Numbered from the stretch's first letter, positions 37,001 to 49,538 are shown. The stretch is 64,000 nt of DNA from Eledone cirrhosa (GCA_964016885.1 OZ024746.1:186001-250000); one strand, 5' to 3'. Numbers and translations: made by a program. Notes: generated by a model not told the origin, from the sequence alone.

Positions 37001-37640
37001 TCACTATGTTGTCCAACGTGACCGTTTAGGTCGCCAGCAATAATTAAGTAGTCGCTGTCGGTTATTTGGGAGGTAGTGTGCATTGGCATCTCATAGAATC
37101 TGTCCTTTATAATGTTAGGTAGACCAGATTGGGGTGCATAAGCGGATATTATTGTCACAGTAGCTCTATTTAGAACTAGTCCTAATTTAATTATTCTGTC
37201 ATTCACTCTATTTATGTCAATTACCTTATCTACCCATTTTTCAGCTAGCATAATTCCTACACCACCCTGTCCGTTGTCATTTCCCACCCAGAAAAGTTTA
37301 TAGCATCGTTTTTTACCCATGATGAATCTGGCAGATCCCCCCTCTCCACCTAGTCTCTTGAATACAACAAACATCAACTTCTTTACGTTCAAGCATCTCT
37401 ACAACCTCATTTGAGCGACCTTTCAATGTGCCTACGTTCATGGTACCAACTCTGAAGTTGGGAGGGTGGGATGGATAGGTTGGAGGAGCAGGGAGGGGTG
37501 TGGGAGATGGAATTTTGTTGGTCATCCGTGTCTGAAATAAAGAGGGGTCCTTGCATTCTCGTCTTGCGGCGGGAGGTGAATTTATCTTTATCTTTATCTG
37601 TGACATTGTCATAGACTTTCCAAATTTCCGCAGTCAACCC
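34028..37640 (-). mobile_element. Essentially full-length decayed RTE LINE, about 3.6 kb
   Basis: APE (VGTMNVGTL, CIQETRW, SAYAP, GDLNGHVG, SQIDY), RT (QFGF, DLEKAFDRVP, GVHQGS, LLYADDL), Cys/His finger, 3' UTR, (ATC)n tail; several frameshifts. Confidence 0.95.
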
Positions 37641-37929
37641 ACTTAATGTGGGCTGACTGTGGAAAGACAGGTATTTTGCTTACATTCTCAAAATAGACAT
37701 ACAAACTACAGACCAACACTCATGCATACAAACACACACACCACTCACACACACAAACATATACATATATATTACCATCAGTACTGATACAAAATCAAAA
37801 TCATGTCAACTGTTGACTTTTCCAGTCCAGTTCAGTTTTTATATAATAATAATAATAATTGTTTGCTTTACAGCAAAGAGCAACGGCTCTCCACTCTCTG
37901 TCCTTACGGGGTCGATAAAACAAAGCACC

Positions 37930-38215
37930 ACTAGTGATGGTGGTGGTGGATGGGGTCAGTGATGGTTGTGGTGGTGGATGGTGCCAGTGATGGTGGTGGT
38001 GGTGGTGGCGGTGGTGGATGACGTCAGTGATGTTGGTGGTGGTAGTAGTGGTGGTGGTGAAGGTGGTGGATGGTGATGGTGGTGAATAGTGTCAGTGATG
38101 GTGGTGATGGTGGTGGTGGTGGTTGTGGTGGTGGTGGATAGTTTCAGTGATGGTGGTGGCAGTTGTTGTTGTTGTCATTGTTATTGTTGTTGCTGTTGTT
38201 GTTGCTGCTGCTGCC
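37930..38215. repeat. GGT/GTT/GCT trinucleotide low-complexity tract
   Basis: Direct inspection. Confidence 0.9.
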
Positions 38216-38690
38216 ATCATAGATTTAAACTGAAATATTACAGAGGTTTTCTGTGGATTGAGGTTGTGGAGGAGCCCGAGGGAGAAATGGTAGCTGTTGA
38301 TGGAATGAGACTTTCTCAGAAGGATTATATGAGACATACACACATATATATCATCATCATCATCATAAATTTAAACTGGGATATTGCCGAGGTTGACTGA
38401 GGATTAGGTGTGGGGGGGGGGGGGGGGGGCTATGAGGGACAGATGATAGCTGTTGAGAGAATGATTCTTTCTAAGAAGGATTATGAGACACATACACATA
38501 CATACACACACACACCAAACATACACACACATCATAGATTTAAACTAGGAATATTGTGGAAGTTTACTGTGGATTGGGGGATGGGTGACATGGGGGAGTC
38601 TGAGGGGGGATGGAGGACATGGGGAAGTCTGAGGGACAGATGATAGCTGCTGATGGAGTCTTTCTAAGGATTATGAGAGACACACACATA
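38215..38690. repeat. Three degenerate tandem copies of a ~150-bp unit
   Basis: CATCATAGATTTAAACT...GAGGGACAGATGATAGCTG...AAGGATTATGAGAC recurs at about 38215, 38360 and 38530. Confidence 0.75.
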
Positions 38691-38747
38691 CATAAACATA
38701 TACATACACATCAACACCACTTTCACCGTCATTATCTAATATAATGA

Positions 38748-38932
38748 CGGTGGATTGGCAGTATCGGTAGAGGGTTGGACGCCATGCTTTCCAGCATAGT
38801 TACGTCCCTTTACGATCTGAGTTCAAATCCCGCCGAGGTTGACTTTGCCTTTCATCCTTACGGGGTCGATAAAATAAAGTACCAGTAATGCACTGGGTAT
38901 TTGCTGGCCTTGTGCCTAAAGTAGAAACAATT
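38748..38932 (+). mobile_element. SINE family 1 young copy; inverted partial copy at 39061-39180
   Basis: Near-identical to 16960-17147. Confidence 0.88.
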
Positions 38933-39954
38933 ATCTAATATAATGACTAAAACCAGAAAAATAACAAAAGAGTAATGAATAGATGATAATGAACTTGTGA
39001 TTTGATAACAGTTTGGTAAAATGTTAGTATTTACTGTCCCTCCTGTTTTAGTCATAGAAATAATTGTTTCTACTTTTGGCACAAGGCCAGCAATTATCTC
39101 AGTGTATTACTGGTACTTTATTTTATCGAGCCGGTAAGGATGAAAGGCAAGGTTAACCTTGGTGGGATTTGAACTGTCCGTAAAGGGGCAGTGCCTCACC
39201 ACATAATTATCTTTAATTAGATGTATTATACTCGGTAAGTGAAATATGTTGAAACTAATTTAACTAATGATGTAACTTGATCATATGACATCCTGCATGA
39301 AGTGACAAAAAGCAACTAGCCCACTGTAAAGTAATTGTGTAGGTATCACAACAAAAAACACCCAGTCTACACTGTAAATAAGGTTGGCATAAGGAAGGAC
39401 ATGCAGCTGTAGAAACGAAGCTAGAAACAGTTCTATATGAGCAAGACACGGTCACCTAATCTGGTTTGTCTCACGGTGGAACAACTCGTCTAACCTATGC
39501 TAGATGGAAAAATTAATGTTAAACGGTGATGATGATGATGATATGAGCGCACAAGGCCAGCAAGTTATGGGAATGATTAAATAGACCCCAGTACTTAACT
39601 GGTACTTTATTTTATCGACCTCAGCATATAAGCAGTAGTTTGACACTGTAACGACTCAGCCATTAATAAAACCGTTAATTAATAAGACATAACATCTAAC
39701 ATCATGTTGATTCAGTGGCTCAACAATATAACACTAACTACTTTATACTACTAAACTCTATTAAAGTCATTAACAGATGACCTTGTTACCAGCTCTTCTT
39801 CTAAACTACCTTTCAATAGTTTAATGTGTGCGTATGTAACATGTGGTGTGGTAAATAAATATATATACATATACACCAGGTCCGAACACAAAAGAACCAA
39901 ACTCCCACTGCCTCCGTCTTTCCAGCTCTCCCCATCTCTCACTATTATAAGCAA

Positions 39955-40315
39955 ATGAGCCCCAGATAGAATGTAGAAGGCGTTTCTCCGGAGGGTGGTG
40001 AGGGAGACGCATTGGAAGAGCCATTGCAGGTCGCTAGGCTCACACCTGTAGGTAACCAACTCTGTGCCAATGGTGGTGAGTCGTGAGGTGGGGCAAGGAC
40101 ACCAGACGTCTCCACTTTTATAGGCTTGACAGCAAACGTATTGGAGATATTTGGAGAGTTTACCCTCCTCAGCCCAAAGTGCAGCAGAGCCTGGGTTAGC
40201 TGCAGACTGCACCAGATTGCCGCGGTGCAGCAGAGCCTGGGTCAGCTGCAGACTGCACCAGGTTGCCGCTGTGCAGCAGAGCCTGGGTTAGCTGAAGACT
40301 GCACCAGATTGCTGC
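39955..40315 (-). mobile_element. CRE-clade (restriction-like endonuclease) non-LTR retrotransposon C-terminal relic, with a 46-bp x3 tandem at its upstream end
   Basis: PGSAALWAEEGKLSKY...LQWLFQCVSLTTLRRNAFYILSG resembles the recalled CRE motif AE..K..KY...QRISIAIQRGNA..ILG. Confidence 0.6.
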
Positions 40316-40877
40316 TGGAGAATGTGAATATTTATAATGCTGATAGTTTTAAATTAGACAAATCAATGGCCCCACCACCATACCACTACCCCACCTCCAC
40401 CACACCCTATCATCAGACAGTCAAACTACTCTCACCACCAGACATCAACACTACCACCACCACCAGACATCAACACTACCACCACCATCAGCTTTAAACA
40501 GTAACCACTGTTTAGAAGTAAAATATCAAGATTCTGTCCATGTTGAACTTTATACAACAGTAACCTGATAGTGTCACAATTTACTTGTTGCTTATCTCCT
40601 CACCATTACCATGAAAACCTAGTAGGCTGTGTCTTTTCTCCTTGTCTCCCCTCCCCCCCTCATCTCATGGTCACCACCACCACTACTACCATTAAAACCA
40701 TAAGGAGTGTCTTTCTTCTTATTCCCAAGAGGTCATAGGGAGAGAGTCCTCTAATGAAAGGGGCTCTTGATAATGTGAAAACTAGGAATCAACTTTAGAC
40801 TGAAACTAATTGAGGTCAACCAGTTGAGTGAACACAATTGAGATCTATTGTTTAGGGAGTTTATTATTTAGGAATCT

Positions 40878-41042
40878 GGTGAATTGGCAGTATCGGACGC
40901 CATGCTTTGACGCATAGTTGCCATTCTGAGTTCAAATTCCGCCGAGGTTAACTTTGCCTTTCATCCTTACGGGGTCGATAAAATAAAGTACCAGTAATGT
41001 ACTAGGTAATTGCTGACCTTGTGCCAAAAAGTAGAAACAATT
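40878..41042 (+). mobile_element. SINE family 1 copy
   Basis: Same head, body and tail; flanked by a repeated TTATTTAGGAATCTGGT that may be a TSD. Confidence 0.85.
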
Positions 41043-41518
41043 ATTTAGGAATCTGGTAAAGGGTTACTAGATACCTCCTCTAGTCTCTCATGGTTTACTA
41101 GAGTTGTTTAAATTAATTAAATAAATAAATACACACACTGAGTTCAGTTGGTCTGGGGGATCCAGTTAGATCAATTGAAGACGATTGCTTCTGACTTGCT
41201 GGAAGGTGTTGGAGGATTCTACCCCCATCGACCTCCCAGCAATAAGTGAGAGGAGGGGGAGGAGAAAAAGAAGAAGAAACATATATGAGGATCAGTTGAA
41301 AAATTCATAGACTGACCAAGATACTCTCATGGAATGACCAAATGAGTTTTGTTTGTCAACATAATCCCTGGAAAGAAACATTGCAGTTATTAAATAAGAA
41401 GAGTAAAAATGAATGCATGCACGATTTCACAGCTCTATCATCACTCCTTCATAGTCAGACTGTGAATCTCTTGACCAACATTTTATAGATAGTTTTTACC
41501 TTTCCTATTACTATCTAC

Positions 41519-41678
41519 TGTAAACTGTAGTATCACATGTTGATATTGTAGTTATTTCTGACAACACTACAATAAACTGTTAGATAAAGGCAATGTAAAC
41601 TAGGTGTAGTATCACATGTTGATATTGTAGTTATTTCTGACAACACTACAATAAAATGTTAGATAAAGGCACTGTAAG
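41519..41678. repeat. ~79-bp tandem duplication
   Basis: TGTAGTATCACATGTTGATATTGTAGTTATTTCTGACAACACTACAATAAA..TGTTAGATAAAGGCA occurs twice. Confidence 0.9.
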
Positions 41679-42105
41679 TAACAATAACAATTACTTTTAA
41701 TCAACATATTTCTATGACTTAAATAATCTTACCAGATTAATTTCATTAAAAAATGTCTTTGAAGATTTTATTTCAAAATACTCAAATATATTTCTAGGAT
41801 TAAATTACATAAAAATAATAAAGAATTTAATATTTAGCGAAACATAGAAAAAGAAAGCAGCAGTGGAAAGGACTATAAATGAGAGGAAAGGGAGGGAAAG
41901 GGCAAGGATTATTAGGCAATGAAAAAAAAGGAAGAGTGTGATAGACACTACATCTAGGTCAGAGTGTTGTTTCGGCTGCATCCTGTGGACAAAATGGCAA
42001 CATTCACTGCATCAGCCACCCCACTTCACAGGGCTCCTTCTTCAGATGGGTTGCTGTCATGCCAATTTCATAAAATGTAACACAAAATTTTGAAAAATTA
42101 GTGGA

Positions 42106-42193
42106 TTACATTTCTGCTCATTAACCCTTTTAACATTTTCGGCTGCTAGACTGCAGCCAAAAATGTTAAAAGGGTTAATGAACAGAAATGTAA
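42106..42193 (-). other. 88-nt hairpin (41-bp stem, 6-nt loop)
   Basis: 42106-42146 pairs with 42153-42193; both mismatches are G-U on the minus strand. Confidence 0.85.
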
Positions 42194-42253
42194 AAGTCTA
42201 TAATTGATAGGTGACAACTAAAATGTCAGATATTGATAAAAACACTAACATAA

Positions 42254-42441
42254 TAATTGTTTCTACGTTAGGCACAAGGCCAGCAATTATCCAGTGCATT
42301 ACTGGTACTTTATTTTATCGACCCCGTAAGGATGAAAGGCAAAGTCAACCTCGGCGGGATTTGAACTCAGATCGTAAAGGGACGTAACTATGCTGGAAAG
42401 CATGGCGTCCGACCCTCTACCGATACTGCCAGTCCACCGCC
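42254..42441 (-). mobile_element. SINE family 1 young copy
   Basis: Reverse complement of 16960-17147. Confidence 0.88.
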
Positions 42442-42516
42442 TGTTAATACATAATAATACATTGAGTTTTGTTCTTGTTTTAACTTTCTTCATTTATCTG
42501 CTGACTTCCAACAGAC

Positions 42517-43576
42517 CATCATCATCATCATCAACGTTTAACGTCCGTGTTCCATGCTTGCATGGGTTTGGACGGGGGTAGTCCCACTTGAGGCAAGAGT
42601 GATTTTCTTGCTCGCATAGGACTGTCTGGCAGGTTTTCTACAGTTGGATGCCCTTCCTAACACCAACCACATTTACAGTGTGGGTCTGGGAGGTTTTTAC
42701 CGTGTTGCCTACACGGCCACATTACAGCGTGGACTGTGTGTTTTTTTGTCGTGACACCTACACGATCTCATTTGTTTCGGCCTGGATGGCGCGGCACCAA
42801 CATAACTTTACATAGAACGGGGTGGTGTGGATGAGGTGGGGGTGGTGGTGGTGGGACGGGGTGTATTTTGTTAGAGATGCCTACTGGCAAGGCGGGTCTT
42901 CTCTATTACTGAGTACCGCCAAAGGTCTCGGTCCAGTGACATTGTCTTGGTGAGGTGTAAGTGTGTGAGGTCGGAGTTTATCAGCTCGTCCCAGGTTTTT
43001 CTGGGTCTGCCTATTCCGTGGCTACCGTCTATCTTTATTGCCCTGCACTTTGTTATACAGCTATCATCCTTCATGCGCATCACGTGACCATACCAACGTA
43101 GCCTTCTCTCTAGTAAACAACATCTGATCCCTCTTATTTCTAATTTTTTCCTTAGTTCGTTTGTGCTTTGTCGTTCACGTATATTACTATTACACATCCA
43201 GCGGAGCATGCAAGCTTCGTTTCTCTCTAGTCTGCGTATATCCTCTGCACACAATGCCCAGGTCTCACTGCCATGCAACATTGCTGTTCGTATGCAGGCA
43301 TCATACAGCCTGCCTTTCATTTTTAGGGAGAACCCTTTAGCGGCTAATAGTGGTATAAGCTCTCTGAACTTTTTCCACCCAGTTCTGACTCTAGCTACTG
43401 TACTTTCAGAGCACCCTCCCCCACTGCTGATTTTGTCACCCAGGTAACGGAAGCTGTCCACTATTTCTATAGAACCCCCTGCGCAGTTGAAAGAGCTAGT
43501 ATTTTGTGGGCACTTGCTGCTACTTATATCCCCAGAACACCGGCCACATGTAAAATCTATGTTCTTAGTTAGCTTA
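42517..43576 (-). mobile_element. 5'-truncated young RTE LINE, sister of 15191-16230
   Basis: 196-codon ORF 42871-43461 differs from 15289-15879 at only a handful of residues. Confidence 0.93.
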
Positions 43577-44176
43577 TTGAACTACATTCTATCATTGAAC
43601 TACATTCTATCACATGTCAAATAGAATCACTTCTATGTTATTGTGGAGATGACCCAGAAACTCTTTGGCACTATTTATTCCAATGTAAAAACTACCAGCC
43701 TGAGAGAGAGACTCACTGAAGCTAGATTTACTATCATGAGAGATTTAGTATTATGAGATTCAGCTTTTCTTATGATTTATTTATTTAAGTTTAACATGAA
43801 CCTCCCATGGGTACAAGCTGAAGCATATAGACAATATGCCCCCCCACCCCACCCACCGCAAGGTGGTCGTGGAGGTGCCACGGCAAAAAAAAGCACCCAG
43901 CCCACACTGTAAAGTGGACGTGTAGGCGCCACGAAAAAGCACCCAGCACTCACTGTAAATGAGGTTGGTGTTAGGAAGGGCATCCAGCTGTAGAAATCAA
44001 GCCAAATCAGTTCCTGTATGAGCAAGGCATGGTCAGCCGACCAGACACTGCCCACAACAGGACAACCCGTCTAATCCATGCTAGCGTGGAAGAACGGACG
44101 TAAAACGGTGATGATGATGGTGATCCAAATATATTTGTATATCTATGAATATTTGACAGTTTTAAATCAGAAAGCA

Positions 44177-44410
44177 TCAATATGTTTTTTCAATGTAAAA
44201 AACACAAACTCTGGTTAACATTACACACTTGTATTCATATCTAGAGATAGAGTAGAAGACAGTATGGTTGAATCATGTTAAGTTGTCATATATGTCAGAT
44301 TATATGTGAAATATTAACAACAATTTATTGAGAGGCAGAGCAAAGTGACTTAGTGAGAGCAAAGAGAGAAGGAAAAGAGAGAAGATGGAGAGAAAAGATA
44401 TAGAGCTTAT
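44177..44410 (-). pseudogene. Relic duplicate of the FBXO21 exon-11 5' end and its upstream intron
   Basis: TTACACACTTGTATTCATATCTAGAGATAGA vs TTACACACATGTATTCATATCTAGAGATAGA at 47149; reads YEYKCVMLTRVCVFYIEKTY*. Confidence 0.7.
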
Positions 44411-45103
44411 GTAATTTATATTATCACTTTCTTTATTGAACATTAAATGCATTTATATATTATATTACAAAACGAAAAAAAATGCATTTAATTGCTTTTC
44501 ACATGATATAAGTAAAAGTTATAATATTTTCAGAGACAGGATTAGAGGGTTCTGTTTAAAAGAGTCCTGATATGAAGAAACAACTTGCGCACACGTAGAA
44601 TGGACCTTCAGTTTCGACGATGAGTGTTCCAGTTGTTTAATCAATGGGAGAGCCTGCTCATGAAATCAACATGTAAATGGCTGGCTATTCCACAGATACG
44701 TTTACCCTTAACGTAATTCTCAGGGAGATTCAGTGAGAATTAGTGTATGACAAGGCTGACCTTTTGAATTACAGGTAGGTAGGTATAGTCCATCTCACAG
44801 GCTTTCAAACTGCTTCCATTAACTGAATTTCAATCAGAAATCTTGGAACAATCTGAGGATTTGGGAAATAACACTTACCTGTGATGTCACAGAGTGAGAT
44901 TAAAGACCTTCTGGTTGGAAGGTGGGCTTCTTCACCATTCAGCTATGCTGTGTCAACACACACATATATATGGATACACATACATACATTCACATGGATA
45001 CACATACATGCACATAAACACACATGGCTACACATTCATATAAACACACACATGCACACAAATACATATAGATACACATACACATTCACACACAGTTTTC
45101 CTG

Positions 45104-45282
45104 TTAAGTCTGTAAACATCCATAATGTTCTTGAATCATGTGTTGTGTTACCTCCAAGTCATCAGGATATTTCATCATTGTTTGCTCGTTAGGAAAATAG
45201 TAATTATCACAGAATTTTTTGAAATAACGACCTGTTTCATTATGTTGGATCAGCTCCCCATGTTCAGGCATACCAAGATTCT
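45104..45282 (-). CDS. FBXO21: F-box only protein 21, exon 12 (terminal)
   Basis: attcag|AG NLGMPEHGELIQHNETGRYFKKFCDNYYFPNEQTMMKYPDDL...*; YccV C-terminus (GRYF, YPDD). Confidence 0.92.
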
Positions 45283-45924
45283 CTGAATAGAAAGATATCA
45301 ATCATTTTATATTTTAGCATTTTATACAAACAAACAAAAGGAGGAATTTTTCACTGATTAAGGAAATCAAATATTTAAAATTATTTTTTATGGAGTCAAT
45401 AATTTTTATAGAGTTAATTTCATTATTTTTCATAACATTTCAGAAATTGAAAAAAAATGTATGTATGTAAATGAGATGCAGTCCCTAACCCATCTGCGTG
45501 ATTTGGGGCCCTGATTAAATACTGACTGGTCTGTGATGACCTGTCCAACCCTCAATAGCAGGAGAACAGATGTTAAATGGTGAGGATGATGATGATGGTA
45601 TATACTGCTTTCTATTGACAAAACACAATTAAAAGAAAAGAAAAGGAACCAATTATTAGATTGAACCAAGGAAACAATGTTTCTATTGACCTTTCCATTG
45701 CTGATACTGTCTGGATTTCAACTCAGAACAAATACTGCAATACCGCTCATCTTAAACTTTAACAGTTCTACCAATCTAGCACATTGGAACTGTTGTACTT
45801 TATTTATCAACTCTGAAAGGATGAAAGGCAAAGTTGATCTTAGTGATATCTGAATTCAGAGTCCAGAGAACCAAAACAAAAACTGAAGCATCTAATATGA
45901 TGGCTTAGCAATTCACAGCCTTCA

Positions 45925-46455
45925 TCATCATTTAATGTCCATTTTCCCCAGCTAGTATGGGTTAGATGAGTTGTCCCATTGTGAGACAAGCCAGGTCAGA
46001 TGACCATGTCTTGCTCATACAGAACTCTAGATTGGTTTCTACAGCTGCAAGTCCTTCCTAACACCAACCACATTTACAATGTGGACTGAGTACTTTTTGT
46101 CATGACACCTACATGACCACTTTAGAGTGTGGACTGGGTACTTTTTGTTGTGACACCAAAACGACCACTTTACAGTGTACACTGGGTATTTTTTGTCATG
46201 ACACCTACACAACCACTTTACAGTGTGGACTGTGTACTTTTTGTTGTGGCACCAAAACAACCACTTTATGGTGTGGACCGAGTACTTTTTGCCATGACAC
46301 CTACATGACCACTTTACAGTGTCGACTGGGTAATTTTTGCCATGCCACCTACATGACCACTTTACAGTGTGGACTGGGTACTTTTTGTCATGACACTAAA
46401 ACGACCACTTTACAATGTGGATTTTGTCATGACACCAACATGACCACTTTACAGC
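45925..46455 (-). mobile_element. RTE 3' UTR copy with its 48-bp internal unit expanded to about 8 copies
   Basis: Unit ACCACTTTACAGTGTGGACTGGGTACTTTTTGTCATGACACCTACATG. Confidence 0.85.
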
Positions 46456-46750
46456 CTTAATAATTAATAATTGATTAATTGCTTGGAAATTAGATATTTA
46501 AAAAAGAGGGAGAGAAGTTGTCATCACCATGAACAAAGATTCTTACATAAAATTGCGATGGAAAGTTTTTAGATAAATATAAACACTTTAAAACAAACAA
46601 TGTTATATTGTAAAATCAGGGGCAGTTTCAGATAGTATCAAAAGGCTTAAAGAATAAGATGAGATGCTCAGTAATGTCTGTTCTCACTTGGTGTATCCTG
46701 AGTTCAAACCTCACATCCTGACACTAGAAAGGTCGTGATGCCAGGAATTG

Positions 46751-46876
46751 CAACTGGCAGATACTATCAGCAACAGATCAATGGAAGACAACTGGCAGAT
46801 AGTATCAGCAACAGACCAATGGAAGACAACTGGCAGACAACTGGCAGATAGTATCAGCAACAGACCAATGGAAGAA
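46751..46876. repeat. 38-bp tandem repeat, three copies
   Basis: CAACTGGCAGATAGTATCAGCAACAGACCAATGGAAGA. Confidence 0.9.
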
Positions 46877-47010
46877 ACAGTTTTCTTGGTCGAATCTAAC
46901 GATTAGCTCCTTATATATTTCTTACTAATTTCATTCTAATTCAAGACAATGCTTTGCAAATTAATATATGTATGTATATATATATGTGATGATGGTGATG
47001 GGGCTTTTAC

Positions 47011-47168
47011 CTTGAGCTGCATATCTGTTGCTTCCATCACTGACAAGAACATCATAAAAAGGTTGGTTCCTTTGATTCTGAAGTCGGTCAACATCCATTC
47101 CAAGAATCCACTCTTGAGATGCCATACATTTATTATCCCAGCCAGTTATTACACACATGTATTCATAT
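47011..47168 (-). CDS. FBXO21: FBXO21 exon 11 (YccV/HspQ domain)
   Basis: ctctag|A YEYMCVITGWDNKC..W..QPFYDVLVSDGSNRYAAQ G|gtaaaa. Confidence 0.95.
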
Positions 47169-47473
47169 CTAGAGATAGAAAGTATGTATGGGTGGTGTTA
47201 AGTTGTAATATATATATTGAATTGTGTGTGAAAAATAATTTATTGTAAAAGACAAAAAGAATTGGCTCAGTGAAACAGATGAGGAGAAAGAGAAATAAAG
47301 AGAGAAAAGAACAATGAGAATAGACAGATAGGCATGGTTGTATGGTTAAAGAGTTCATTTCACATGTTATTCTGGGTTCAGTCCCACTGTGCAACATCTT
47401 GGATAATTCAAGTCTTATGAATGGAATTCGGTTGTTGAAAACTACAGAGGCCCATCGCAAACATACACACACA

Positions 47474-47747
47474 TATATTAGAAAGAGTTGGGCCCGACAG
47501 CTGAGCTCTTGCCATTTCAACAGCTAGTTCCAGAGTTACAATCAACTGACTACTTCATCAGGGGCGTGGCTTGTCCTTATAAGGGTAAAGGGCCTTTATA
47601 GGATGTTAAAGAACCATTACCCTTATATGGACAAGCCACGCCCCTAACGAAATGGCCAGTTGACTGTAAGTCTGTTTGTTAACAGTCTGGAATTAGCTGT
47701 TAAAATGGCAAGAGCTCAGCCGTCGGGCCCTGACTCTTTCTAACATA
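47474..47747. mobile_element. Fold-back MITE, palindromic over almost its whole length
   Basis: TTAGAAAGAGT.GGGCCCGAC.GCTGAGCTCTTGCCATTT and GGGGCGTGGCTTGTCC.TATAAGGGTAA each have a reverse-complement partner. Confidence 0.85.
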
Positions 47748-47827
47748 GTCACACTCTACAATACCAAGTACCAGGTACTCTGTTGAATAATGGTCTAACT
47801 AGTTTAAGACAGGTTTATATATATATA

Positions 47828-48271
47828 TATCATCATCACCGTTTTATGTCCATTCTTCCACACTAGCATGGGTTAGCCGGGTTGTCCTGTTGTGGGCAAT
47901 GTTAGGTCAGGTGACCTTGTCTTGCTCATATGGGAACTGATTTTGGCTTGATTTCTACAGCTAGATGCCCTTCCTGACTCCAACCTCATTTACAGTGAGT
48001 ACTGGGTGCTTTTGTCATGGCGCCTACATGACCACTTTACAATGTGGGCTGCGTGCTTTTTTGTCGTGACACCTCCACGACCACTTTACAGTGGGAGGGG
48101 ATGGGGGCATATTGTCTATATGCTTCGGCTTGTTCCCGTGGGGGGTCGGGTCTTCTGTATTATGGCGTGACGCCAGAGGTCACGGTCCTGTATCATCACC
48201 TTTGAGAGGTGCAATTTGGCAAGGTCAGCTTTTATCACCTCATCCCAGGTCTTTATCACCTCACTCCATGG

Positions 48272-48272
<1 letters not shown>
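47828..48272 (-). mobile_element. RTE 3' fragment
   Basis: KTWDEVIKADLAKLHLSKVMIQDRDLWR, 3' UTR, tail; starts in (TA)n. Confidence 0.85.
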
Positions 48273-48324
<52 letters not shown>

Positions 48325-48327
48325 ATG

Positions 48328-48358
<31 letters not shown>

Positions 48359-48556
48359 GTATATGTATGTGTGTGTGTGTGTGTGCATTCATGTCAATAT
48401 TTACATTTGTGTCTTTGTCTCGTAACAGCAGTTCAACAAAAAAAGAGATGAAATAAGTTCTGGGGTCGATATGATTGACTAAATCTCTTTAAGCAGGGGT
48501 CAGGCATGGCTGCCATGTAATGAGAGAGAGAGGGAACAAGTTAGATAAATATTAAC

Positions 48557-48633
48557 CTCTTATGTTTCATGATTAAACCAACAGAAAATTCTACATCCTG
48601 ATTATCTGCCCTCCGTTTTGGAACAAGGGCTTC
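48557..48633 (-). CDS. FBXO21: FBXO21 exon 10
   Basis: tttgcag|EALVPKRRADNQDVEFSVGLIMKHK AG|gttaat; GLIMKHKR motif. Confidence 0.92.
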
Positions 48634-49421
48634 CTGCAAATAATAAAATGAATAATTATGTCATATGTACTGAGAGAGAGAGAGAGAACATTAAACTATG
48701 TTAAACTCTTCAATATGACTGAAACATGGTTACAATCGTCTCCCTTGTTTGCAAATAAAGATCAGATTTTCCCTAGTGAAAATTACTTCTGAGGGATTAA
48801 TTCTTGAAATTATCTCCCCTTGCATTTTAAGCGTCTCTAACAATTGCCATTAGATTTTTATTTTCTTTCTTCAACTAAACCAGAAATTTCAACGAAATTC
48901 AATGGCTAGATCTTATAAAAATGAAACAAAAGCAGCTTTTAATTCTATAAAATATTTAATCTCTAAACAGCTTTATGTTCATCATTATTTTACATCCACT
49001 TTCCATGTCTGCATGAACGGGTTGTCATGGTCCAAGACCAGACAAATCAGATTGATCCACCATCAGCCTTTGCTCATATATTCCATCGTTTCTATCACTG
49101 AATGGTCCTTCTAATGCCATTGTTTATATTTTTATGGTAAAAATGAGAAACTGTGATGAGGTAACACAAGGCAAAACCCTACTTTAGCAGAGAAAATAAC
49201 CTTAAAATACTTGTAGAGTCACAGCAAATATTTCACAGTAAATATTATACAGTAAATATTACACAATAAATATTACACAGTAAATATATTACTGTTGTAA
49301 ACATCTCAATAAATATATCACAGTAAATATCTTATCCTGGTTTCTATGACTGATTGGCTTTTATAATAACTTTTATATTTCCTAATAATTTAAAGTAAAA
49401 ATAAAAAGATGAGAAACTCAC

Positions 49422-49538
49422 TGGTTTAGATTCCCCATCTTTTGCAAGTTCTTCTTCAATACGATGAATAAGTCTTTTGCCAAGACACTGGAATCTTTGG
49501 ACTTCAGAACACAAAAGTCTCTGGGCACTGATCAACAC
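49422..49538 (-). CDS. FBXO21: FBXO21 exon 9
   Basis: ttctag|VLISAQRLLCSEVQRFQCLGKRLIHRIEEELAKDGESKP|gtgagt; phase 0/0. Confidence 0.85.
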
